A DNA stretch of 64,000 nucleotides, from the IMG/VR virus record IMGVR_UViG_3300027255_000165. One strand, written 5' to 3'. The stretch is from a virus. Its lineage: Duplodnaviria; Caudoviricetes. The translations under genes were made by a program, and so were the position numbers. Shown piece by piece: positions 36,669 to 45,259 of this stretch. Numbering within the stretch: position 1 is the first letter of the stretch; each line of letters opens with the position of its first letter. Under the pieces are notes generated by a model. It was given only the letters and a program-made list of their open reading frames with translations. It was not told the origin of the DNA and made no database searches.

Positions 36669-37975
36669 TTGTAAATGTAATTAAGCTTTTGTTCTTCTTC
36701 AAAATACTTTTGATTAGGCGTGACGATTTGAAATAGAGTTGAAGTTTTGGTTTCTTCGTTCCAATCCCAATCTACACAGCCGAGTTGTTCGATTCGATTG
36801 TGAATCTGTTGGTTATAATGGTCTCGAATCAAACGTGATTTTCTATTAATGTCAGTTGCATTGTTATCAACCGTTGAGTTACGATTATTGTACTGTAAGT
36901 ACAACATTTTCTTGATGTGAATCATTTTTGTTTCTAGAAACGTTCTAATGATTAACTCAAAATCATCAGCCACAGAAATGAATCGATTATGCTTTCCAAT
37001 TTTATTGTACACGTCTTTACGCCAGATTCGAGCATGGTTTGGCATACCAATGTTGAATCGAATAGTTCTGGGATTGATGTCAGGATATGAGTGACACAGG
37101 TATTCAGTACCATTCCATTCAACCCATTCGTGACCACCATATCCCCATACAAATCCGTTTTCAGGGTGTGCATACCAATACTCTTCAGGTCCAATGGTGC
37201 TAGTGTACTTTCTCATTTCACCGTCTTCAAATGGTTCTGCGACGTCAGTGTAGACAAAACCAGCGTCAGGATATTGATTGATGGCCTTTATGGTTTCAGC
37301 AAACAATTCTGGTAAGAAAAAGTCATCATGATCTAGTTCAGCGAACCAGTTTCCATTGGCCATTGAACATGCTCTATTTTTAACTTCACCGATATTACCG
37401 CCAGAAATTGGAGTTATCTTATAAGGTCTAACTCGATAGTCTTTTTTGGCCAATTCTTGTAGAATGGTCCATGTTTCAGTGTGATCTTCTGGAGAATCAT
37501 CAATTACGATCCATTCCCAATTGGGATAGGTTTGATTTTTAATACCTTCGTAAGTTCGATACAATCTATCTCCCGTCTTATAAGCACCTGTGAAAACTGA
37601 AAAATAAGGTCGATTTGGATCATCAAAAACCTTGTCTAATGAAAAGCAAGCCCAATTAGTTGCATGTGAAACAATATCGTTTGCAAGTTGAAAATCAACA
37701 GGTAGTTGACTATAATGACACCACTTAGTGGTGATAAAAGTTTCATTGATGCGAGACACAAGTTGTGTCCAATCCTGTCGATTACCGCCGATGGTAACAA
37801 TAACATCAGGTCGATGGCGAGCAAAATCCTCAGCAAATGAAGAAGAGTCTGGATACGAATAACACAGAACATTCTCCTGAAGGTTTTCTTCATGATAGAG
37901 TGATGTCAATAAACGATGCTCACCAACTCGATCCCAACCATAAATAAGTGCAGAGGGTAACCCTACTTTGATCAT
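36665..37975 (-). CDS. GT2 glycosyltransferase
   Basis: WEWIVIDDSP, ELDHDD, DDFEL..RTF. Confidence 0.88.
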   Translation of the reverse strand: MIKVGLPSALIYGWDRVGEHRLLTSLYHEENLQENVLCYSYPDSSSFAEDFARHRPDVIVTIGGNRQDWTQLVSRINETFITTKWCHYSQLPVDFQLANDIVSHATNWACFSLDKVFDDPNRPYFSVFTGAYKTGDRLYRTYEGIKNQTYPNWEWIVIDDSPEDHTETWTILQELAKKDYRVRPYKITPISGGNIGEVKNRACSMANGNWFAELDHDDFFLPELFAETIKAINQYPDAGFVYTDVAEPFEDGEMRKYTSTIGPEEYWYAHPENGFVWGYGGHEWVEWNGTEYLCHSYPDINPRTIRFNIGMPNHARIWRKDVYNKIGKHNRFISVADDFELIIRTFLETKMIHIKKMLYLQYNNRNSTVDNNATDINRKSRLIRDHYNQQIHNRIEQLGCVDWDWNEETKTSTLFQIVTPNQKYFEEEQKLNYIYK

Positions 37976-38024
37976 ATTGAATCTATTTACAGGGTTATAC
38001 TACAAAAAACTGAAAAGTTTAGAT

Positions 38025-38089
38025 TAGAGGGGACATTGTTAGGGGCTCCCACCCACTCGGCTTTCGACTCCAATGTTATTTCCCCTCTA
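38025..38089 (-). ncRNA. Candidate small structured RNA element
   Basis: TAGAGGGG/CCCCTCTA and ACATTG/CAATGT helices closing GAAA/GGGA-looped hairpins; no U-tract. Confidence 0.35.
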
Positions 38090-38107
38090 GGGTGAAATGC
38101 AAGGTAT

Positions 38108-38293
38108 TTATTCACGAAACCGGGCCTTCTTGATGTTCTTTCCCTTGCGACTACGAACCTTACCTTGCTCTAAGATAACTGATCCGCAAACATCACATTT
38201 TAGAACACCTGAATGTGTTTCATGATAATCAGAAGATCCACATTTTGAACAGTGGGTCTCGTTTCCAATATCTTCAAAATTCCATTTCGGCAT
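38108..38293 (-). CDS. Small zinc-ribbon protein
   Basis: CSKC...CDVC. Confidence 0.65.
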   Translation of the reverse strand: MPKWNFEDIGNETHCSKCGSSDYHETHSGVLKCDVCGSVILEQGKVRSRKGKNIKKARFRE

Positions 38294-38624
38294 CTTCTAC
38301 GTCCTCAATTAAGTCAATCCATTCCTCATGTCCTCTCTCAAGGGCTTGAGTTTTGAATTCAATATTAGACATTAGGCAAAGACGAACTTCCTTGCCAAAA
38401 TAATCATCTACCAAATTCATGAATTCAAGACATCTATTGAAATCTTGATAACGAAGAGCCATAATCTCTCCATCTCCAAATTCAATTTTTAAGACCCATG
38501 GTGCTGCACCCGTTCTGACATCAATTCTTTCGCGATACATTTTTCCAACGCTTTTTATTTTATATACCGCACTTTGAAAGAGTTTACAAACGAATCCAAT
38601 TGTACCACGCTCTTTCATGTGCAT
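38274..38624 (-). CDS. Hypothetical protein
   Basis: 116-aa ORF; true start likely internal. Confidence 0.55.
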   Translation of the reverse strand: MHMKERGTIGFVCKLFQSAVYKIKSVGKMYRERIDVRTGAAPWVLKIEFGDGEIMALRYQDFNRCLEFMNLVDDYFGKEVRLCLMSNIEFKTQALERGHEEWIDLIEDVEDAEMEF

Positions 38625-38781
38625 AGTATAATATGGATTTCGTAACTATTTCGATCATACCGATGGCTAAACCTGTACTAAACTCTCCGGTGACCAACCA
38701 ACTCAGAAAAATGGTATCTAAGGTACCGATGATTCTCCATGAGATTGTCTTCAGTATGTGTCTAATTTTATCTTTGCTCAT
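38584..38781 (-). CDS. DUF2061 membrane protein
   Basis: RH..KTISWRI.GTLDT..L.W..TG...G..I...E..TK..LYY.HER.W. Confidence 0.88.
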   Translation of the reverse strand: MSKDKIRHILKTISWRIIGTLDTIFLSWLVTGEFSTGLAIGMIEIVTKSILYYAHERAWYNWIRL

Positions 38782-39164
38782 AACTCTCCTCGTTTCTTCA
38801 TTTCCTGTCTGATCTTGGTGGCAGATATTTCACCAACTTCTGTCGGTGGAACGTGTTCAACTACATCGTATCCCACACCTCGACCGAAATTGATCGATGA
38901 AATATCTGGAATAACCGTCACAATCACTTTGCCCTGTTCCATTAGATCATACAATTCGGTTTCAATGTTCATTTGAACCTGTGATGCAGCGAATGGGTTC
39001 TTCTCGTCTGGTTCCATATCTCGAATGGCGATCCAAACTTTGTTACCTTGTCCCAACTGTTGGTCAATTAACCATCTGTGACCTCCATGCCATGGCTGCC
39101 AACGACCAATGTAAAGTGCCCATCCATCTTTTGAGGGCTTGTCTGCTTTTGTAATGTATTTCAT
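38778..39164 (-). CDS. HIGH-motif nucleotidylyltransferase (cytidylyltransferase-like; possible minimal sulfate adenylyltransferase)
   Basis: GRWQPWHGGH, ISATKIR. Confidence 0.75.
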   Translation of the reverse strand: MKYITKADKPSKDGWALYIGRWQPWHGGHRWLIDQQLGQGNKVWIAIRDMEPDEKNPFAASQVQMNIETELYDLMEQGKVIVTVIPDISSINFGRGVGYDVVEHVPPTEVGEISATKIRQEMKKRGEL

Positions 39165-39209
39165 ATTATAAAATTAAATCCTGTGTGTCTATCTAATGGA
39201 TTTACAATC

Positions 39210-39662
39210 CTATCTAATGGCCTCTAAGATTTTAGTTAGAGTTTGTGAAGGTATGTCGTCAGTTGTGTCGACATCTACGAAGTTTTGTTGGGGCGGTTGG
39301 TAACCCTTGACCGCAAAGTGATCTCTTTCTCGAGATTCAGTAGTGTGGACGTAGAATTCAATCATTCCATCTCCAATCACCTGCTTAAACTCTTCTCGTT
39401 GATCTAGGTATGGAGATACTAATGATACGATCACAATCTTACCTTGATTATGCAGGTAATGAGCAATCTTTTGAGCTGCATCGATGTTCTTAATTCGACC
39501 ATTCATAGAATAGTCTTTGTTTGTAAACAAATCTCTCATTTCATCACCATCAATTCTGAAAACCTGATCTTCAGGAGTTCCGTGATCGATAATGAATTTC
39601 TTTAATCTGTCTGCTAGTACGGTCTTACCGTGTGATGGTTGTCCAGTGAACCAATATATCAT
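39210..39662 (-). CDS. cysC: Adenylyl-sulfate kinase
   Basis: WFTG.P..GKT.LA, IDGD.MR, VSLVSPY...RE. Confidence 0.88.
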   Translation of the reverse strand: MIYWFTGQPSHGKTVLADRLKKFIIDHGTPEDQVFRIDGDEMRDLFTNKDYSMNGRIKNIDAAQKIAHYLHNQGKIVIVSLVSPYLDQREEFKQVIGDGMIEFYVHTTESRERDHFAVKGYQPPQQNFVDVDTTDDIPSQTLTKILEAIR

Positions 39663-40543
39663 ATAAAATTACTAAAGTACCTTTCGCCTCGATCACAAAG
39701 AATGGTAACTGCATTCTTGTAATCATTATCTCGGAGCCATTCAAAAGCTCCTCTAACGTTTGCACCAGCTGAAATGCCTAAGAAAAGACCTTGTGTTTTT
39801 GCTAAGTACATTGCATGCTGAATTGCACAATCGGTTGGAACAGTGACAACTTGGTCAACTTCATTTAGATCAACCAAGAATTTTGAACCGTCGCCAATGC
39901 CTTGAATTCCATGTAAACCTGGTTGACCACCACTCATAACTGGAGATTCAGCGGGTTCAATTGCCACAATCTTGATGTTTGGAAAAGTCTCTTTGATACG
40001 CTTACTTGCTCCCATCAGAGTTCCACCGGTTCCAGTTCCAAGAATGAATACGTCAGGTGTTACACCCTCGGCTTTTAGCTGCTCAACTATTTCTAAACCA
40101 GTAGTGTTGTAATGCGCTTCAATGTTCCATTCAGAATGAAATTGGTTACCATTAAACCATCCATTCTTTTCGCACAACTCGTTTCGGGTTTGAATCGCCA
40201 GGTCAAAATTACCTGCGTCAACTTCAATCAGTTTAGCGCCATAAACCTGGAACATTTTCTTACGTTCTTCGCTCATGTTACTTGGCATCACAATCACGCA
40301 CTTGTATCCGAGGTGGGCTGCAAACATTGCAAATGCAATGCCAGTGTTACCTGAAGTTGCCTCGCAAATTGTATCACCTTTCTTCAATTGCCCTGATTTC
40401 TCGGCTTGTTGAATAATATGAAGAACTGGACGATCTTTAACTGATCCACCAGGGTTCATGAATTCTGCTTTGCCCCATACGGTCAAATCAGCCTCCTCCA
40501 ATTTGATCATTGGAGTGTTACCTACGTTTTCAACAAGTCCCAT
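39659..40543 (-). CDS. cysK: Cysteine synthase
   Basis: VGNTP, NPGGSVKDR, EATSGNTGI, GTGGT, GIQGIG. Confidence 0.93.
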   Translation of the reverse strand: MGLVENVGNTPMIKLEEADLTVWGKAEFMNPGGSVKDRPVLHIIQQAEKSGQLKKGDTICEATSGNTGIAFAMFAAHLGYKCVIVMPSNMSEERKKMFQVYGAKLIEVDAGNFDLAIQTRNELCEKNGWFNGNQFHSEWNIEAHYNTTGLEIVEQLKAEGVTPDVFILGTGTGGTLMGASKRIKETFPNIKIVAIEPAESPVMSGGQPGLHGIQGIGDGSKFLVDLNEVDQVVTVPTDCAIQHAMYLAKTQGLFLGISAGANVRGAFEWLRDNDYKNAVTILCDRGERYFSNFI

Positions 40544-41128
40544 TTAGTGCTGAGTGTCGAAGAAGAATGTTTGGAACAGACGACCATCATACATATCCTT
40601 ACCGAAGTAGTCAAGCGAAGTATGAAATAAATCTCCCGGGTAAAGGATCAATCGATTGTATACGTTACCAACGAAGTTGGTCATTTCCCACTTCGTCATG
40701 TCCTGTGAATCTTGGCCAATTAGGGCTAAACCTTCTTCGTTATAAGATCCGTCATCTTTTCGAGGGGCGGTTGTCCAACCCGTCGCCTTATGGCGGAAAA
40801 GACCCGTTCCACCTGAAAGTGGAGCATCGGGTGTTAAGTAACAAACTCCTGCCCATTTAGTGGTTTGATCGGCGTGAATCCACGAACGATCCCTTTGTGT
40901 GGTGTATTGAAACGCACCAGTATATTCATACTGTTCCCATGCTGTGATTTTACCAGCGTAAGGAGAAATGATAGCCTGAATTAAGTTTTTAACTCCTTCG
41001 TTATAAACCTGTACGGTGCGTTGGCCTGGGTAATTACCTCGAACACCAAATTCCATACCTAGAGCCATTTCTCTAACGGCATCTACGTCATTATAAAAAT
41101 CGTCGACAACTATTGCGCTTACTTGCAT
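40544..41128 (-). CDS. DUF6445-like 2OG-Fe(II) oxygenase
   Basis: VVDDFY, NYPG.RT, WIHAD, GT.LFRH, YNRLILY.G..FH. Confidence 0.78.
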   Translation of the reverse strand: MQVSAIVVDDFYNDVDAVREMALGMEFGVRGNYPGQRTVQVYNEGVKNLIQAIISPYAGKITAWEQYEYTGAFQYTTQRDRSWIHADQTTKWAGVCYLTPDAPLSGGTGLFRHKATGWTTAPRKDDGSYNEEGLALIGQDSQDMTKWEMTNFVGNVYNRLILYPGDLFHTSLDYFGKDMYDGRLFQTFFFDTQH

Positions 41129-41129
41129 T

Positions 41130-42050
41130 TTAATCTTGTTTTTGATATACGTTAAAGCTACGAATGATCATTTCACTTTCATCAGGGTTTTCAGGATAGT
41201 CCATGTGAAGACCGTGATTGAAAATAACATACTGTCTTGCGTCAGCTCTATTGAACCATTGTAGTACGTTATGTGATTTTGTTTCAAAAATCAATAGACC
41301 ATCGTAGTAAATTCTAATAAAATCCTTTTCCCAGTGACAAACATATTGGACCAATCTTTTGGTTGCATCTGCAACTGGAACATCGTAAGATGAATAATCT
41401 TCTTTGTTATTTTGTTCTATTTGACCATAATGAATGTTAGGCCTAATTCTTCTATTAGGCCTTTTAAACCAACGATCTAATAGAGTGTATGAATCGTATT
41501 TTGGGCCCATGTGAGAGTATCCTTCAAAGACATCAATTTCAGGTGGCCATGTATCATAACCTGAAAACCAGAATGCAGGCCAATATGACTGTCCTTCTGG
41601 AAGTTGAATCCATGCTTCAAACCAACCGTATTGCCAAACCTGCTTTGAAGAAACAAAACCAACGCCAGTTGGAATTGTAAATTCTTCTGGCATCGACTCA
41701 TTCTGTCTCCAACTTGGAAGATCAGACTTTTTCCAAGTCTTAGGAGTGTTTTTAAGGGCCAACACCAGACCTCGAGTATCAATGTAACTTAGCGTTCCAT
41801 CGTTATCATAGTATTGGTGTAAAGAACCCGGGTGAAAGTCTCCCCATGGCATTGCATAACGCCACTCATCTTTGTTCAAGCGTGTTAAGAAGTAATCTGA
41901 AAACACTTTATCATAACCTTCAGGTGCTTGAACCTTACGTTCTTCACCTTTGTAATTTGAATAGTGCCTTTCAGCCCTAAACAATTTAACCATGTTCAAT
42001 AGAACTTCTTTGAACGGATGTTTTAGAAATTGAGAAAAGTTTAAGTTCAT
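41130..42050 (-). CDS. GH16 glycoside hydrolase
   Basis: YGWFEA.IQLP....WPAFW; EIDVFE catalytic motif. Confidence 0.88.
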   Translation of the reverse strand: MNLNFSQFLKHPFKEVLLNMVKLFRAERHYSNYKGEERKVQAPEGYDKVFSDYFLTRLNKDEWRYAMPWGDFHPGSLHQYYDNDGTLSYIDTRGLVLALKNTPKTWKKSDLPSWRQNESMPEEFTIPTGVGFVSSKQVWQYGWFEAWIQLPEGQSYWPAFWFSGYDTWPPEIDVFEGYSHMGPKYDSYTLLDRWFKRPNRRIRPNIHYGQIEQNNKEDYSSYDVPVADATKRLVQYVCHWEKDFIRIYYDGLLIFETKSHNVLQWFNRADARQYVIFNHGLHMDYPENPDESEMIIRSFNVYQKQD

Positions 42051-42060
42051 AGATTATTTA

Positions 42061-42486
42061 TCAACCTTCCCTTTCAGCAACTCTTTTACGTAATTCGGAT
42101 GATGAAAAAGAGTGATCTCTTTTGTTAAAAATTAATTCAATACCGCGATTGTTACAAATCTGTCGGCCTGTGAATTCTTTTTCGCGATATTCTTCACCTA
42201 AAATTCTAACATCAATTTTAAAGCTTGCTAGAATGTCTTCAAGATCTTTTTCGGTTGCATAAGGAATGATCTCGTTAACCCACTTACAACCATCTACTTG
42301 AATATACCTTTCAACGATAGATTGCACTGGTTTATTCTTTTCAGGACGGTCAATCGTAGGATCCGTCTGAAGAGCAATGATCAGATAATCACAATGCTGC
42401 TTAGCTTCTTCAAGCATTTTAACGTGCCCTGCATGAAACAGGTCAAACGTAGATGCAGTGATGCCAACTATTTTCAATTCTTTCAT
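42061..42486 (-). CDS. Glycerol-3-phosphate cytidylyltransferase-like (TagD)
   Basis: FDLFHAGHV, KPVQSIVERY, SSSELR. Confidence 0.85.
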   Translation of the reverse strand: MKELKIVGITASTFDLFHAGHVKMLEEAKQHCDYLIIALQTDPTIDRPEKNKPVQSIVERYIQVDGCKWVNEIIPYATEKDLEDILASFKIDVRILGEEYREKEFTGRQICNNRGIELIFNKRDHSFSSSELRKRVAEREG

Positions 42487-42812
42487 GCTTCAATCTCTAC
42501 TCGCTCGACTGATTCTAAACTCTGAAGAATGTCAACCATGTTAGCCGAAATGGGCTCTTCAGTTTCAGCGTTCAACTCCACTGCGATCTTACACTCAAAA
42601 TTGTTTTCAGAGTGTTGAAGGTTAACAGCCTCTTTAGCTGCTTCATACGCTGCTGTAAAACCTTCAGAACGAACATGATAGACTGACCTTCTACCCGTTT
42701 CAGGGCAATGAAATTCAAATCTAAACAAACGCTTACCAATTCTATTCTGAGTTGCAATAACGTACATTGCGATTCCTGTTGCCGTGATGGCAATTAACAT
42801 GATTGTGACCAT
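42483..42812 (-). CDS. Hypothetical TM-anchored protein
   Basis: N-terminal TM. Confidence 0.6.
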   Translation of the reverse strand: MVTIMLIAITATGIAMYVIATQNRIGKRLFRFEFHCPETGRRSVYHVRSEGFTAAYEAAKEAVNLQHSENNFECKIAVELNAETEEPISANMVDILQSLESVERVEIEA

Positions 42813-43180
42813 TACTTTCTTAATTCAAAGCCCTTTTCGGCTATTCTTTCTAATAGTATCTCTCGATCTCGCTTTGTTTCAACGTAATCGTTCATCAGTT
42901 CATCTGGCACACCGTTCCAGGCATCAGTCCAATCACTGACGTTAAATCCACGGTACAGGGCCTCCCATCTAAGAGAGTTGTAACGATTCAACAGGTACTC
43001 TAATTTATTATAGAAGAATTTGACGTGACCTTGGCCGAGTGTGAATTCTTCAGGAATACCATTCATATTGTACTTACCCTGACGAATGACGTTTGGAATA
43101 CGCTTGATCTCGCGAAGTTCTGCCAATAACAGTTTATCGGGCAATTCTTCAGGTTTGATGCCAGTATTAATTCTTGTCAT
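42812..43180 (-). CDS. denV: Pyrimidine-dimer DNA glycosylase (T4 endonuclease V family)
   Basis: MTRIN..I.P.EL.D..LLAE.RE..RIP, FTLG.GHVKFFYNKL. Confidence 0.93.
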   Translation of the reverse strand: MTRINTGIKPEELPDKLLLAELREIKRIPNVIRQGKYNMNGIPEEFTLGQGHVKFFYNKLEYLLNRYNSLRWEALYRGFNVSDWTDAWNGVPDELMNDYVETKRDREILLERIAEKGFELRK

Positions 43181-43236
43181 TGGTCAATACATAAACGAAT
43201 GGAACATCTCCAAATGTCGTGGTAGTGTAATAGTAA

Positions 43237-44322
43237 TTAGAGTTCAAGGATACCAGTGTTTAAGGGGTTGTTGATGTTATCGATCCACTCGTCGTCAATA
43301 TCTTTCAAGAATGCGATGTACAACTTGATACAGTTTTCAACGTCATCTCGATGAACCATCTCGACTGTGGTGTGCATGTACTTCAGCGGTGAGGCCAAGA
43401 TTGCAGTTGGAGTGTTTTCCAAAAAGAAAGCCATCGTGTCGTTGCCGTAAGATCCAACATGATGTTGTAATGGCAGCTCATTGGCTTTAGCAACCTCTTT
43501 CAGCTTGTTTAGAATGCCACGGTGATTCTGTGAAGTGTACTCTAATGAAGGACCTTTACCACCTTCAACTGGTCCGTGCTTGGCTTTATCCATCTTTGGG
43601 TGAGCCACGTTGTGACAAACATCATGCACTAGGGCCAAATCAGCTTGCAGTTCTTTTGCAATCTTCTTTGCACCGTACAAGCCAACTTCTTCTTGAACCG
43701 AGTTAACCACGTACAGGTCAAAATCCAACTTCTCACCATCAAGCGCCATGCGCTTTAGGACCTCAGCAATAATATAACCTCCAATCTTATTGTCCAACGA
43801 ACGGCCAACGTAGTAATCTCCAATCATGCTGAATTGTGTATCGAACGTAGCCAAGCATCCAACTTCAACTCCCAATTCAGCAGCTTGCTCGTCTGAAGAA
43901 ACACCTACATCAATCCACAATTCATGCGGTTCGTAACCTTTAGAAGTACGTTCGGTACGTGTGTGGATCGCAGGCCAACCAAACACACCTTTAACCTGTC
44001 GACCGTCGTGCGTATGAATGATAACTGTTTTAGAAGGGGCGATCATATTGTCTGAACCTCCATGGTGACGAACGCGGATGTAGCCGTCTTTTTCAATGTG
44101 TGTAATGATCCATGAGATCTCATCGCAGTGTGCTTCAATCACAACTTTCTTGGCTCCTTCTTTACCGCAACGGTAAACACCATAACCAGTGCCGTATGCG
44201 TCCATGTGAAGTGAATGTGAAAAGTCTGAAATGTAACGCATCCACATCTTTTGACCTTCTGTTTCCTGTGCAACAGGAGCGTAAGCATTTAAGTACGCTT
44301 CTAAAAACTTATGACTTTTCAT
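43237..44322 (-). CDS. M42 family metallopeptidase
   Basis: EAHCDE, SLDNKIG, VQEEVG, DVCH, KYMHT..E. Confidence 0.92.
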   Translation of the reverse strand: MKSHKFLEAYLNAYAPVAQETEGQKMWMRYISDFSHSLHMDAYGTGYGVYRCGKEGAKKVVIEAHCDEISWIITHIEKDGYIRVRHHGGSDNMIAPSKTVIIHTHDGRQVKGVFGWPAIHTRTERTSKGYEPHELWIDVGVSSDEQAAELGVEVGCLATFDTQFSMIGDYYVGRSLDNKIGGYIIAEVLKRMALDGEKLDFDLYVVNSVQEEVGLYGAKKIAKELQADLALVHDVCHNVAHPKMDKAKHGPVEGGKGPSLEYTSQNHRGILNKLKEVAKANELPLQHHVGSYGNDTMAFFLENTPTAILASPLKYMHTTVEMVHRDDVENCIKLYIAFLKDIDDEWIDNINNPLNTGILEL

Positions 44323-44326
44323 TATG

Positions 44327-44710
44327 TTATATGTTAAAGAATGAGTAAAGAACCGTTACGATTGCGGCGGCCGCAGCTAAAGAAAGGATAGCGTTGACTA
44401 CCATTTCTGAGTATTGAACTTGGTTTGGAGTGCGACCTTGATTCCAATTAGCAAAAGGCTCTTCAATTAAGACAAAGATAGCTTCAGTTGGACCAAAACT
44501 TTGAAGCTCTAAACCACGCATTTCAAGAATATCATCCAATAATTCGGGCTCATTCTCAACCATGTACGATACTTCATCGTATTCCTGAGTTGTCCAATCC
44601 TGGGATGGATCTAAGTTCAAAAAGCCCATGTAATCTTCTGAGCTTGAATCAAATTGATAATCGCTACGAATGCGATCGATTAGGGTGTTCAAAGTCTTTA
44701 AGTCTCTCAT
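44327..44710 (-). CDS. Hypothetical protein with C-terminal TM
   Basis: Behind a class M promoter. Confidence 0.65.
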   Translation of the reverse strand: MRDLKTLNTLIDRIRSDYQFDSSSEDYMGFLNLDPSQDWTTQEYDEVSYMVENEPELLDDILEMRGLELQSFGPTEAIFVLIEEPFANWNQGRTPNQVQYSEMVVNAILSLAAAAAIVTVLYSFFNI

Positions 44711-44765
44711 CAGTTAATCCTTTAAATGTATTGATTATACTATGAGATCGTAAAAAGTTTCAAAC

Positions 44766-44800
44766 AAAAAGAGTCCAGATTTAAGTAAACCTGGACTCTA
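44766..44800 (-). terminator. Terminator after tRNA-Asn
   Basis: AGAGTCCAG/CTGGACTCT plus T5. Confidence 0.7.
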
Positions 44801-44805
44801 GATTG

Positions 44806-44879
44806 CTCCCTCTGCTGGACTTGAACCAGCGACCCTCTGATTAACAGTCAGATGCTCTAACCAACTGAGCTAAGAAGGA
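44806..44879 (-). tRNA. tRNA-Asn(GTT)
   Basis: Cloverleaf; anticodon loop CTGTTAA; no CCA. Confidence 0.93.
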
Positions 44880-44898
44880 ATTCTTGCATGGCATGCTG

Positions 44899-44969
44899 TT
44901 ACCCCGGATAGATTCGAACTACCATTAAGTGGACCAAAACCACTTGTCCTGCCATTAGACGACGGGGTA
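44899..44969 (-). tRNA. tRNA-Gln(TTG)
   Basis: Acceptor TACCCCG/CGGGGTA; loop TTTTGGT. Confidence 0.92.
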
Positions 44970-44974
44970 ATATG

Positions 44975-45048
44975 TAGTCCTGACTGGACTCGAACCAGTG
45001 ACCCTTCGCGTATCAGGCGAATGCTCTAACCAACTGAGCTACAAGACT
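44975..45048 (-). tRNA. tRNA-Ile(GAT)
   Basis: Cloverleaf; loop CTGATAC. Confidence 0.94.
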
Positions 45049-45075
45049 AAAAGAAATTATATAACTCTTTTTTTG

Positions 45076-45148
<73 letters not shown>

Positions 45149-45207
45149 TGGTTATTCCGAAGAACAGTATTTATATACTAGATCTAAGGGTTGTTTCATT
45201 TGATAAT

Positions 45208-45240
45208 AAAAAAGCCCGGTCAAAGACCGGGCTTTAAAAA
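45208..45240 (-). terminator. Terminator after the 45260 gene
   Basis: AAAGCCCGGTC/GACCGGGCTTT plus T-run. Confidence 0.8.
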
Positions 45241-45259
45241 TAGTTAGTATGAAGTTAGA

